Positions 1 through 9,456 of a DNA stretch of 64,000 nt are shown here, piece by piece. The stretch lies in NCBI GenBank assembly GCA_016699575.1, contig CP064979.1, positions 1,933,796 to 1,997,795 of the forward strand. Direction: 5' to 3'. The first letter of the stretch is position 1; the number at the start of each line of letters is the position of its first letter. Both the position numbers and the translations under genes were made by a program. Source of the stretch: Flavobacteriales bacterium. GTDB lineage: Bacteria; Bacteroidota; Bacteroidia; Flavobacteriales_F; PHOS-HE28. The notes under the pieces are model-generated. The model was given only the letters and a program-made list of their open reading frames with translations, did not search any database and was not told where the DNA came from.

Positions 1-2389
1 CATTGCTGAGCAGTTCGTTCAGGATGAGCCCGCAGGGTATGGCTTGGTCAAGGCCGAGTTCGACTTTCTGCACGTCGGTGTTGAGCTTCACCTTCCCCGA
101 TAGGCTGTAGCTCAACATGAGGTTGCGGGCAAGGCTGTCGATGTAGCTGCCCAGGTCGATACTGCTGAAGTTCTTGGTCTGGTAAAGGCTTTCGTGGATG
201 AAGGACATGCTGCGCACACGGTCCTGGCTGTCGCGCAAGAGTTCCAGCATGCGTTTGTCCCCACCCACATAGGAACTCTGCAGATTGAGGATGCTGCTGA
301 TGATCTGCAGGTTGTTCTTCACCCGGTGGTGCACCTCTTTCAGGAGCACCTCCTTCTCGTGCAGGTTCTCCAGCATTTTCCGTTGCGCGTCCTTGCGGTC
401 GGTAATGCCGTGCGCAATGCAGCTCACCTCCTGGACCCTGCCGTCCACCACAATGGGGTTCAGGAAATTCTCCACCCAGAGCATGCGGCCCCTACCGTTG
501 TCCAGCTCCACTTCGAAATGCTGCGGCTCCCCGCGCATGGCCGCCTCATAGTGCCCCACGATCGGCTTCCAGAGACCACCGGCCACGCGCTGTTTCATGT
601 CGTCAATGAACGGGTCTCCAACCTTGTAGTCGATGCTTAAGCCACGGAGATTGCTATGGTGGAAGTGCTCGTTGAACGCCGTGAGCCTATAGTCGCGGTC
701 GAGCGTCCAGATCATCACGTTGGCGCTGTTCTCGAAAATGGCCTTCAGCCGAGCTGATCGATCACGGACCATGCGCTCGGCCATCACTTGTTCAGTTACC
801 TCGTGGCCAAGGCCGAACACCTCGTCCACCGTACCGTCCGCGGCAAGCACGGGGCTCAGGAAGATCTCGTTGCACACCAAGCTTCCGTCATGGGCTTTCA
901 CCTCCGTCTCGAACCGCATGGTGCGCCCTTCGAAAGCACCGGCGTATTTGTCCTCCCAGAAGCGGTGGTAGGCATCGCTTGCGAAGCGCTTGCGCGGCTC
1001 GAACGCATTGGTCCGCGCCTCGGGGCGTATGCCGTAAAGCCGGTGCACCATGTCCGAATAGCTCTGGTTGAAGCTGGTGAGCGCGATCTCCCTGTCCACC
1101 GTCCAGAACATGTGATCCCCGCTTTCGAACAACGCTCGCAGCTTGGCGGTCTCGTGATGGAGTTTCTCTCGGTCTTTGTTGGCCTTGGTAATGTCGCGGC
1201 TCACGCCCATCGAACCCAACAAGGAACCATCCTCGGCGAACAACCTGCTGGCAGAAAGGAACGAGACGAAGTGGTTGCCCTCGCGGTCCACGTTGCGCAC
1301 TTCGCCAGCGAAGGCTCCGTGGGCGTCCAACTCTCGCAAAACGCGCGCATGTTCTTCAGGCCCCGCGTACAGCATGCCTGCGTGCTTTCCCAGTACCTCG
1401 TGCGGTTCATAGCCGAATTTCACACTGGCCGCCGGATTGAACTCGGTGATCGTAGCGGTGCGGTCCACGGCAATGATGCAGTCCAATGAGCTGTTCACCA
1501 GGCTCCGTGCGAATTGTTTCGAGCGTCCCAGTTCTTCCTGCGTGCGCCTGTGGCGATCGATCTCCTGGCGCAACACGTGGTTCACCTCCTCGGCGATGGT
1601 GGCACGCAATCGCTCCTGCTCAAGACGGTCCCTTTCGCGGCGGTCCGCCATGTTCAATTGGATCGCCACCGCACCTTCGTAGCGGATCGTCGATGCGGTG
1701 AGCAATAGTTCGCGAGCGGATCCATCCGGCGCCATCCATCTGGCTTCGATGGCCGGGCTGTGGCCATTGGCCGGCACTTCGCTCAGCCAACCACGCAACC
1801 GTGGCTGGTCCCCTTCATGGATGAGGCCGATGAATTCCTCTCCGGTCAATGCCGCACGGATGGTCAGTCTTTCCGCGGCCGGGTTGGCATATCGCACCCT
1901 GCCCGACATCACGATGATGATGCCATCGCTCACGTGCTCCACCAACTGCCGGTAATTCTCCATCAACGCCCGTTGCTCCACTTCTGCGTTACGGTAGGCG
2001 GTGATGTCCACCAAGGTCCCTTCAATAGTGGCCTGTTCTTCGTTTTCCGTGCCCATGAAAACGTTTTCCAGCACATGCACGGGACGTCCGCTCTTGTGCT
2101 TCAGGACAAGACCGTAGTTGATGAGCCGGCCGTTCGCTGCAAGGTCCTTGACGAACTGTCTTCGGTCTGCTTCGCTGAAATACAATTCCCGGGTGTCCAT
2201 CACCAGCAGTTCCGCGCGATCCTTGTAGCCCAGCATATGGGCCATGGCATCATTGCATTCCAGGAACGTCCCCTCCAGCGTGGAGCGGTAAACGCCTGCA
2301 ACGTTCTTCCCCACCAAGTTGTCGTACTGGCGCTTCAGGTCAAGATAGGCCTGCTCCAATGCCTCACCTGTCGGTGCTTCCGTGCGCAT
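1..2389 (-). CDS. Multi-PAS sensor histidine kinase (HisKA_2/HWE-type), C-terminal end cut by window edge
   Basis: Absent from the ORF track because it runs off the window. My reverse-complement translation from ATG 2389 (MRTEAPTGEALEQAYLDLKRQ...) stays open to nt 1. It has several PAS-like modules, the H-box EVHHRVKNNLQIISSILNLQ (nt ~290-340) and the N-box LGLDQAIPCGLILNELLSN (nt 2-58). There is an in-frame TAA 10 codons upstream of the ATG and AGGAG 8 nt upstream. Confidence 0.8.
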   Translation of the reverse strand, partial: MRTEAPTGEALEQAYLDLKRQYDNLVGKNVAGVYRSTLEGTFLECNDAMAHMLGYKDRAELLVMDTRELYFSEADRRQFVKDLAANGRLINYGLVLKHKSGRPVHVLENVFMGTENEEQATIEGTLVDITAYRNAEVEQRALMENYRQLVEHVSDGIIIVMSGRVRYANPAAERLTIRAALTGEEFIGLIHEGDQPRLRGWLSEVPANGHSPAIEARWMAPDGSARELLLTASTIRYEGAVAIQLNMADRRERDRLEQERLRATIAEEVNHVLRQEIDRHRRTQEELGRSKQFARSLVNSSLDCIIAVDRTATITEFNPAASVKFGYEPHEVLGKHAGMLYAGPEEHARVLRELDAHGAFAGEVRNVDREGNHFVSFLSASRLFAEDGSLLGSMGVSRDITKANKDREKLHHETAKLRALFESGDHMFWTVDREIALTSFNQSYSDMVHRLYGIRPEARTNAFEPRKRFASDAYHRFWEDKYAGAFEGRTMRFETEVKAHDGSLVCNEIFLSPVLAADGTVDEVFGLGHEVTEQVMAERMVRDRSARLKAIFENSANVMIWTLDRDYRLTAFNEHFHHSNLRGLSIDYKVGDPFIDDMKQRVAGGLWKPIVGHYEAAMRGEPQHFEVELDNGRGRMLWVENFLNPIVVDGRVQEVSCIAHGITDRKDAQRKMLENLHEKEVLLKEVHHRVKNNLQIISSILNLQSSYVGGDKRMLELLRDSQDRVRSMSFIHESLYQTKNFSSIDLGSYIDSLARNLMLSYSLSGKVKLNTDVQKVELGLDQAIPCGLILNELLSN

Positions 2390-2443
2390 ATCAGCACTCC
2401 TTTCCACGCCACGAACTTAGCGCGGGCAAGGGCCGGGCCCTGC

Positions 2444-3979
2444 TCATTGTTCGTCGCCTCCTTCCGATGGAACCGGCAGTCGTTCACCATCGATACGGAC
2501 TTCCTCGCCGTTCACGTAGCGTATGGTCATCTTGAGGGAGCCCACCGGATCGTAGAGCTGCCAATCGCCCTGCTGAAGCCCCATGGTGTATTTGCCTTCC
2601 ATGCGCAGCTGTCCGTTCGGGAAGTACCATCGGTGCTTGCCTTGCGGCTCCCCGGAAACGAACTCGCCGATGAAACTGGTCCTTCCGTTTTCGTACTCGT
2701 GCTTCCACACGCCTTCCTTCAAGCCGTCTTTGTACTGGCCGTGTTCCGTGTGGTCACCAACCACATAGACCCACTCTCCTTCCTTTCGACCGTCGATGTA
2801 CTCGCCTTGGGTGATCACAACACCCAGGCTGTCATATTCCACGCTTGAACCGTCCTCGCGGCCTTTGCGATAGTTCTCCTCGCGGTGCACGGCCCCGTTC
2901 TGGTAGAACCACTTCCATGTGTTCTGCGCAAGGCCGTTCGCATATCTACCCCGTTGTTCCACCTTGCCGCTGCGGTGGTAATACACCCACTCACCCTCGC
3001 GCTTGCCCTCCTTGTATTCACCCTCCGCCCGCAATTCGCCGCTGGCATAGAACTCCTGCCACATTCCGTTGGGCACGCCCAGTTCGTTCACGGGTCCCTT
3101 GCCCATCAACTGGCCGTTGCGGAAAATGCTGGATGAGACAATGGAACCGTCAGGGGCGAACTCTTTGAACAGGCCTTGCTTGCTGCCATCCTTGCCATAG
3201 CTCCCCGTTGTGGCCGGCTTTCCATTGGGGTGATACGTGCTCTTGATCTTCAGGATTTCCGCTTCCGCCGCGTTCTGTTGCACCTCTCCCGCATCGAACT
3301 TGCTCAGGTCCTTCAGATTGCCGTTCGCGTCATACTCCTTGAACACTCCTTGGCGCTTGTCGTCGACGAAAACGCCCTCCCACTTCACCTTGCCTGGTCT
3401 GCCATCCGCACTCCCCGGATAGAACTCCTTCCATGGGCCCTGCTTCCAGCCCCTGGCATCCGTCCTGTTGATCTCTTCCCGCTTGCGCAGGACACCTCCT
3501 CCGTAGGAAAGCAGTGCGGTGATCCGCCCGTCTGCCGAGTACTCGTAGCCCCTTCCCTGTTCAACACCTTTCTCGAACGGGATCCTCTTGTGCACAGTAC
3601 CATCGCCATTGTAGTACAAAGCATCCCCTTCCCTGATATCATTCGTGAAGATCTCAATGCTCTCAAGTCTCCCTTCCGCCGAAAACTTCCGTTGCGCACC
3701 GTTCTTCTTGTCCGCGGCATACGTCATCTCGTTGGTCAGCTTTCCTTCAGGCGAATAGAACCGCCAAACGCTGTCCAAGAGGAACTGCTTGCGGTTGCCT
3801 TCGCTCCTGAGCACGCCAGTGTCATAATAGGTCTTCCACCACCCCTCCGGCTTGCCGTCCACCAAAGTGCCCTCGCTGCTCACGCGCCCGTTGGGGTGCT
3901 TGTATTGCACGAACCCCTCCTGCCCGTTCGCCACTTGTGCGACGAACATCATCCACACTAACACACCAATGTATTTCAT
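2444..3979 (-). CDS. Secreted MORN-repeat (MORN_2/YwqK-like) protein
   Basis: 511-aa ORF. It has a signal-like N-terminus (MKYIGVLVWMMFVAQVANGQ) and many tandem G-x-W-x-x-Y/F-x-x-N/D/S-G repeats along the whole length. Confidence 0.8.
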   Translation of the reverse strand: MKYIGVLVWMMFVAQVANGQEGFVQYKHPNGRVSSEGTLVDGKPEGWWKTYYDTGVLRSEGNRKQFLLDSVWRFYSPEGKLTNEMTYAADKKNGAQRKFSAEGRLESIEIFTNDIREGDALYYNGDGTVHKRIPFEKGVEQGRGYEYSADGRITALLSYGGGVLRKREEINRTDARGWKQGPWKEFYPGSADGRPGKVKWEGVFVDDKRQGVFKEYDANGNLKDLSKFDAGEVQQNAAEAEILKIKSTYHPNGKPATTGSYGKDGSKQGLFKEFAPDGSIVSSSIFRNGQLMGKGPVNELGVPNGMWQEFYASGELRAEGEYKEGKREGEWVYYHRSGKVEQRGRYANGLAQNTWKWFYQNGAVHREENYRKGREDGSSVEYDSLGVVITQGEYIDGRKEGEWVYVVGDHTEHGQYKDGLKEGVWKHEYENGRTSFIGEFVSGEPQGKHRWYFPNGQLRMEGKYTMGLQQGDWQLYDPVGSLKMTIRYVNGEEVRIDGERLPVPSEGGDEQ

Positions 3980-4413
3980 CTTCTACTTTCTAAAGAAAGA
4001 TCATAGTTCTAGTAGGCCTGTTCATTGTGTTGAAAGCCGTTGCGTCGATCAGCACGGCAAGGACTTCTCAAAAGTAGCCAACGATCCATCCACGATCCAT
4101 CGTGCCCTCATAGCCCGGGGAAGATGGACTGGTCGCAGGAACCGTAGATGACCGAACGATCGAAGGATGATGGTTGAAGACGGTGCATGTGGATGAGATA
4201 CGGGCTTATGAACAGTGGAACGATCGTTGAAGGCGGGTATGGAGAATGATCGAAACTTGATCCTTGTGGGAACGGAACGATCGATCATGGCGATCAACGA
4301 TCGTTCGATCCCGAAGAAGTTCTCCCGGGATCTCCATGGCCGATCCCACGATCCATCCACGATCCCTGGGATCCCAGCTGGTCGCCCGTCTATCTTTGCC
4401 GTACAGGCACTCC
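3980..4413. repeat. GATC-saturated, internally repetitive intergenic region
   Basis: About 17 GATC sites by manual count between 4047 and 4373. An 18-bp perfect direct repeat ACGATCCATCCACGATCC occurs at 4081-4098 and 4348-4365. GAACGATCG occurs at 4154, 4218 and 4275, and CAACGATCG at 4295. An AT-rich stretch lies at 3976-4035. Confidence 0.7.
4391..4398 (+). promoter_or_regulatory. Candidate Bacteroidota -7 promoter box TATCTTTG upstream of rpiB
   Basis: Perfect match to TAnnTTTG, 15 nt before ATG 4414. Confidence 0.4.
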
Positions 4414-4854
4414 ATGAACATAGCGATCGGGAACGACCACGCCGGGACCGTTCTGAAGAACAAACTGGTCCGGCATCTGGAGGAAATGGGGCATCACGTG
4501 TCGGACCACGGCTACGGAGGGGCCGATAGCGTGGACTACCCCGATTTCGCTCATCCTGTGGCTGAAGCCGTTTCAGGCGGAAATGCACAGTTGGGCGTGT
4601 TGATCTGTGGCAGTGGTAACGGTGTGAACATGGCTGCCAACAAGCACCATGGTGTGCGTTCGGCTTTGGCTTGGAACGAAGAAGTGGCAAGGCTGGCACG
4701 CACGCACAACGATGCGAACATTGTGGCACTGCCGGCACGGTTCATCTCCGATGAGGAGGCAGTGACGATCCTGGACGCTTTCTTGACGGCTCCTTTCGAG
4801 GGTGGCAGGCACCAACGCCGAGTGGCGAAGATCGAGGAAGGAACACGGTCATGA
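4414..4854 (+). CDS. rpiB: Ribose-5-phosphate isomerase B
   Basis: MNIAIGNDHAG...LICGSGNGVNMAANKHHGVRSAL...NIVALPARF matches the RpiB/LacA family. The ATG at 4414 is preferred over the upstream track start 4264, which lies in the repeat region. Confidence 0.9.
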   Translation: MNIAIGNDHAGTVLKNKLVRHLEEMGHHVSDHGYGGADSVDYPDFAHPVAEAVSGGNAQLGVLICGSGNGVNMAANKHHGVRSALAWNEEVARLARTHNDANIVALPARFISDEEAVTILDAFLTAPFEGGRHQRRVAKIEEGTRS

Positions 4855-4861
4855 TCACCGC

Positions 4862-6406
4862 ATGAACAAGAGATCCGTTTCGATGCTGGGTTGGGTCATG
4901 CCGTTCGTGCTGATCGCCCAGCGCGACAGTGTTCAGGTCCGTTACGCAGAGACCATCACGGAGGCTGACCTACGTAAGCATTTGACCGTATTGGCCAGTG
5001 ATGCATACGAAGGCCGGGAAACAGGAATGCGCGGCCAGAAAATGGCAGCGGACTACCTGAAGGAACAGTTCCGATCGTTCGGTATCGAGCCCCTGCCCCA
5101 CCACGCTTCAAGCGGAATGAGGGATGGCTACTTTCAGCCGTTCGACCTGGTCATTGAGCAACCCGGAGCCCTTGTTCTGCAGGTCGACGGAGTTGCTTAC
5201 AAGTTCCTGGAAGACCAGATCTATTTCTCCAAGCGCGCAACCGACGATCGGTCGTTCGATCGTATCTGGTTCACTGGCGAATCAGGACTGGCCGGGTTGC
5301 CTCCCGAGGCGAGCGCGGCCATGGTCCTTGTGCCTAAAACAGAACCCGGATCGGTAGCAATACTGGAGAAGCTCAGGACGCTGACGGGGTCCTTCTCCGG
5401 CCAGGGTGGAAAGTTGTTGCTTATCGCACTCGAGGACTTTGATGCGACGGCAGCACAGTACGCGCACTGGTTGGGCAGTACACGAATGCGCCTGGCGGAT
5501 GACGAAGAGGGCAAGCCGGTTGATGGATTGCAGGTCATGTTGGTCGATGCCGGTCCGGCCATGGCCATCCTTTCCCATGGAAACATCGCTTGGGCAAAAG
5601 CCCTGAAGTCGGTGCGGAAGGGCCGGGCGGTGAAGACAAGGTCCATTGAGGCCGTCATCAGTGTTCTTGACCGGCCCGTGCGTACTCCGATCGAAAGCGA
5701 GAACGTCCTGGCGTATGTGGAAGGCACGGATAAAAAGGACGAACTTGTTGTGGTGACGGCCCACTACGATCACATCGGTGTGCACGATGGCGAGGTGTAC
5801 AATGGTGCCGACGATGATGGTTCAGGCACTGTCGCGCTGCTGGAGATGGCCCAAGCCTTTGCCGAGGCCAGGAAGAACGGTCACGGACCGCGCCGCAGCG
5901 TCCTCTTCATGCCGGTGAGCGCCGAGGAGAAGGGCCTGTTGGGCTCTGAACACTACAGTGAACACCCTGTTTTCCCACTGACGTCCACGGTGTGCAACCT
6001 GAACATCGATATGATCGGAAGGACCGACAGTGCGCACTCCGCCAGCCCACCGTACGTGTACATCATCGGTAGTAACAGGCTGAGCACACAACTGCATGAG
6101 GCCACCCTGGAGGCCAATGAACGCTACGTCAGGCTCGACCTCGATGAAACGTTCAATGCGCCGGAAGACCCCAATCGGTTCTACTACCGGAGCGACCACT
6201 ACAATTTCGCTCGGAAGGGTGTTCCGGCGGTCTTCTTCTTCAGCGGCGTTCACGAGGACTACCACCAACCCGGCGATGAGGTGGAGAAGATCCGCTTCGA
6301 TCTCTTGCACCAACGCACGTTGCTCGTCTTCCACACGGCATGGGATGTTGCCAACCGCGAGCAACGGCTGGTGGTTGACGGCAAAGTGGAAAAGGAGAAC
6401 GACTAG
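4862..6406 (+). CDS. M28-family aminopeptidase (secreted)
   Basis: VVVTAHYDHIG...NGADDDGSGTVALLEMAQAF...MPVSAEEKGLLGSEHY are the metal-ligand blocks of peptidase M28. ATG 4862 (MNKRSVSMLGWVMPFVLIAQ) follows the rpiB stop. Confidence 0.85.
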   Translation: MNKRSVSMLGWVMPFVLIAQRDSVQVRYAETITEADLRKHLTVLASDAYEGRETGMRGQKMAADYLKEQFRSFGIEPLPHHASSGMRDGYFQPFDLVIEQPGALVLQVDGVAYKFLEDQIYFSKRATDDRSFDRIWFTGESGLAGLPPEASAAMVLVPKTEPGSVAILEKLRTLTGSFSGQGGKLLLIALEDFDATAAQYAHWLGSTRMRLADDEEGKPVDGLQVMLVDAGPAMAILSHGNIAWAKALKSVRKGRAVKTRSIEAVISVLDRPVRTPIESENVLAYVEGTDKKDELVVVTAHYDHIGVHDGEVYNGADDDGSGTVALLEMAQAFAEARKNGHGPRRSVLFMPVSAEEKGLLGSEHYSEHPVFPLTSTVCNLNIDMIGRTDSAHSASPPYVYIIGSNRLSTQLHEATLEANERYVRLDLDETFNAPEDPNRFYYRSDHYNFARKGVPAVFFFSGVHEDYHQPGDEVEKIRFDLLHQRTLLVFHTAWDVANREQRLVVDGKVEKEND

Positions 6407-7671
6407 GCAGCCTTGCGAACGACAGCGGGCTCAGCAAGCATCCGTTCAATGAACAGCTCCAGGTTGCGGCGGTAGTTGAGGTAGTGGTCACCGGTGCCAG
6501 GGCCATAAAAGCCTGTGCGGATGCGGCGCACCCTGCCTGCGCGGTCTATGAAGATACAGGTGGGATAGCTCATCACATGATCAAGGAACGGAAGGCGTTC
6601 CGCGGCCTCCTCTTTTCCCGCCCGACCAGCGTAGGCGATCTCGTACTTCACATGCAACCGGTCCCGGAACCTCCTCAACGCTTCAATGGCCTTCAGGCTG
6701 TCGCTCTGTTTCTCGAAGGCCAATGCGACCACTGAAAGACCTTCGTGGTTGTACTTGGCGTACATCTCGTCCAGAAGCACCGTTTCATCCACGCAGTTCG
6801 GGCACCAGCTTCCCATGACCTGCACCATGATGACCCTGCCAACGTGTGCCGAGTCCAAGGGGCTCACATAACCGCCCTCGATCAACGGGAAGCGGAAATC
6901 GGCCATAGCGTATCCCTCACGCAAATGGGTCAGGGAATCGGGGTGGCGCAGGGTGAAGGCCGGATTGCGGACCGCGACCCACGGCTCCTGCCAATGATTG
7001 CCGCTCCAGAAGCGGCCGATCAAACTATCGCTTTGCCACCCGGCCTTGAAGAGGAACGCGTGCGAGCCATCGAAGCATGATAGAAGAAGGGAGTCCCCGA
7101 TCACCACTCCCTCCAAATAACGATAGTCGCCGGTTTCCGTGAGGAAGGTTCCACGCATGCGCGGCCCCTGCTGTTCGAACTGGCCAATGGCCGCGTAGGC
7201 ATCCGCCGTGCCGATGCTGTAATGGGTTTCCCACGAGCCCGACAGATCACGCGGCTCTTGGTTGGGAACACCAAGGAACCGCTCTGAACGGCCGGCGGTG
7301 GCGTGGAACGGAATGGAATAATCGGGACCCTTCAGATGGTTCAACCACCGTCCCGAAAGCGAGGAGTCCGAGGTGAAGACCCCGATGAATTCCGAATCGA
7401 AAAGCGGCATTTGGGCATGGAAGGAATCGCCAGCGATGACCACTTGATCCACGGCGATGCGCTCCGTGCTGTTCAGGACCGTTAGCGCCCACCGCGTGGA
7501 GTCACGCGTGAGTTCCACGTTGAAGGGCAAATGGTTGCCACCACCGATGTCCAAGGTGAACAACCAAGGACCAGTGATGGGTTCGGTCGCTTTCTTTACC
7601 ACGGGCGCGCTGCACGAAGCAAGCACCAGTGAAAGAGCAAGGGCGATCCAGTGGGAGGGGCGCAAGCGCAT
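6403..7671 (-). CDS. TlpA/ResA-like thioredoxin-fold lipoprotein with a long N-terminal domain
   Basis: It has the WCPNC redox motif (MVQVMGSWCPNCVDE). Start ATG 7671 gives MRLRPSHWIALALSLVLASCSAP, which contains a lipobox. The longer track ORF would overlap the ALDH gene. Confidence 0.75.
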   Translation of the reverse strand: MRLRPSHWIALALSLVLASCSAPVVKKATEPITGPWLFTLDIGGGNHLPFNVELTRDSTRWALTVLNSTERIAVDQVVIAGDSFHAQMPLFDSEFIGVFTSDSSLSGRWLNHLKGPDYSIPFHATAGRSERFLGVPNQEPRDLSGSWETHYSIGTADAYAAIGQFEQQGPRMRGTFLTETGDYRYLEGVVIGDSLLLSCFDGSHAFLFKAGWQSDSLIGRFWSGNHWQEPWVAVRNPAFTLRHPDSLTHLREGYAMADFRFPLIEGGYVSPLDSAHVGRVIMVQVMGSWCPNCVDETVLLDEMYAKYNHEGLSVVALAFEKQSDSLKAIEALRRFRDRLHVKYEIAYAGRAGKEEAAERLPFLDHVMSYPTCIFIDRAGRVRRIRTGFYGPGTGDHYLNYRRNLELFIERMLAEPAVVRKAA

Positions 7672-7717
7672 CAAGGGCGCCGAATATACCGGCGGCACCA
7701 TACGCGTCAACGGCCCT

Positions 7718-9268
7718 CTACACGTCGAACTTGATACCCTGTGCCAAGGGCAACGAACTACCGTAGTTGATGGTATTGGTTTGGCGGCGCATGTAAGCTT
7801 TCCAAGCGTCGCTTCCGCTCTCCCGCCCCCCACCGGTTTCCTTCTCGCCGCCGAAGGCACCACCGATCTCAGCACCGCTTGTGCCGATATTGACGTTCGC
7901 TATGCCACAGTCGCTCCCTGCGGAACCCAGGAACTCTTCCGCTTCCCTAAGGTCGTTCGTCATGATGCTGCTGCTCAAGCCCTGCTTCACTCCGTTTTGG
8001 ATGGCTATCGCGTTCGAGAGCGGCCCCGAATAGCGTAGGAGATAGAGTATCGGCGCGAAGGTTTCTTCTTGTACAATGTCCATTTCCGGATGCGCCTCAA
8101 CAATGGCGGGCCTGACGTAGCAGCCGCTCGCGTGTTCGGCAGTGCCCAAGACACCGCCCGGCACTACAATGGTCCCGCCTTGCGCGCTGGCCAAGGACAG
8201 GGCGCGGGTGTATTGTTCCACGGCCGCACGATCGATCAAAGGACCCACGTGGTTGTGTTCATCAAGCGGATCGCCAATACGAAGTTGAGCGTATGCGCGC
8301 GTCAGTTTCTCTTTCATCCGATCGTAAACACTTTCGTGGATGATCAAACGGCGCGTGGTGGTGCAGCGCTGTCCTGCTGTTCCCACGGCCCCGAAAAGCG
8401 AAGCGCGTAAAGCCATGTCGAGGTCTGCACGCTCGGAGATAATGATGGCATTGTTGCCACCGAGTTCCAACAATGAACGCCCAAGGCGCTCCCCTACTAC
8501 CCGGCCCACTGCCTTGCCCATGCGCGTACTACCGGTTGCGCTCACCAGTGCAATGCGCTCGTCGGCGGCGAGCCACTCCCCTACTTCGCGCCCGCCATTG
8601 ATCACAACGCTGACTCCGGCGGGTACATTGTTGCGCTCGAAGACCCGCTGCGCGATGTTCTGGCAGGCAACGCTGCAGAGAGGCGTTTTTTCACTGGGCT
8701 TCCACACGCATGCATTGCCCGCGACCCAAGCGAGGGCCGTGTTCCAGCTCCACACAGCAACAGGGAAGTTGAATGCCGTGATAATACCCACCACCCCGAG
8801 CGGATGCCATTGTTCATACATGCGGTGCGACGGCCGCTCACTGTGCATGGTGAGCCCGTGGAGCTGTCTGGACAGCCCAACCGCGAAGTCGCAGATGTCG
8901 ATCATTTCCTGCACTTCGCCCAGTCCTTCTTGCAGGCTCTTGCCCATTTCATAGCTCACCAGGCGCCCGAGTGCGGCCTTGTGCAGGCGCAACTCATCCC
9001 CAAGTTGACGCACCACCTCGCCGCGTTTTGGTGCTGGCCAAGTGCGCCATTCCGCGAAGCCTTGTTGCGCCGAACGAATGCAGGCATTGTATTCGTTGCG
9101 GAGCGCGGACTGGACGTGGCCGATGACGTTGCCATCAACCGGCGAGATGGACGGGATCGGGCTGCCCGCGGAAGGAAGCCAGGATCGGCCGTCGGACTGG
9201 CCGCTTTGGGACTGTTCGACTGCTAGCTCGCCGAGGAGCTCTTGAATGGGGTGTTTGGCGGTGATCAT
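7718..9268 (-). CDS. ALDH7-type aldehyde dehydrogenase (alpha-aminoadipic semialdehyde / piperideine-6-carboxylate dehydrogenase-like)
   Basis: ELGGNNAIII, GTAGQRCTTTRRLIIHESVY and the C-terminus GGAFGGEKETGGGRESGSDAWKAYMRRQTNTINY...LPLAQGIKF closely match remembered antiquitin (ALDH7A1) blocks. The start is taken at ATG 9268 (MITAKHP). Confidence 0.85.
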   Translation of the reverse strand: MITAKHPIQELLGELAVEQSQSGQSDGRSWLPSAGSPIPSISPVDGNVIGHVQSALRNEYNACIRSAQQGFAEWRTWPAPKRGEVVRQLGDELRLHKAALGRLVSYEMGKSLQEGLGEVQEMIDICDFAVGLSRQLHGLTMHSERPSHRMYEQWHPLGVVGIITAFNFPVAVWSWNTALAWVAGNACVWKPSEKTPLCSVACQNIAQRVFERNNVPAGVSVVINGGREVGEWLAADERIALVSATGSTRMGKAVGRVVGERLGRSLLELGGNNAIIISERADLDMALRASLFGAVGTAGQRCTTTRRLIIHESVYDRMKEKLTRAYAQLRIGDPLDEHNHVGPLIDRAAVEQYTRALSLASAQGGTIVVPGGVLGTAEHASGCYVRPAIVEAHPEMDIVQEETFAPILYLLRYSGPLSNAIAIQNGVKQGLSSSIMTNDLREAEEFLGSAGSDCGIANVNIGTSGAEIGGAFGGEKETGGGRESGSDAWKAYMRRQTNTINYGSSLPLAQGIKFDV

Positions 9269-9456
9269 TCCAAAATGAAGGGGCTGCGAAGCTATGTGGG
9301 AGAGATATGCACCTCGCAACAGACAAATACGTGAGTATCAGACGCATAGCACTGACGCAGTTCTTTGGGCTTAGATGCGGTATAACAGCACAGAAGGGGT
9401 AGAGTACCCAAGAGGGGTGTAAGTGCCAGCAGAGACGTCGCAATGGGGCCACAGGC

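Noticed and set aside
2390-2443. The GC-rich palindrome GCAGGGCCCGGCCCTTGC just downstream of the MORN gene stop, considered as an intrinsic terminator.
   Set aside because: The stem is only ~6 bp and includes a G-U pair, with no following T-tract. The histidine kinase gene starts 54 nt downstream on the same strand, so read-through is equally plausible.
4049-4738. The 229-aa minus-strand ORF and other small ORFs spanning the GATC-rich spacer and rpiB.
   Set aside because: It overlaps rpiB on the antisense strand, has Arg/Pro/Ser-rich low-complexity translation, and derives from the repeat structure rather than from coding constraint.
9269-9456. The lower-G+C 188-bp spacer between the ALDH7 gene and the methyltransferase gene, examined for a tRNA or small RNA.
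   Set aside because: I could trace no cloverleaf-compatible stems, no conserved tRNA boxes and no convincing terminator. It is left unannotated.
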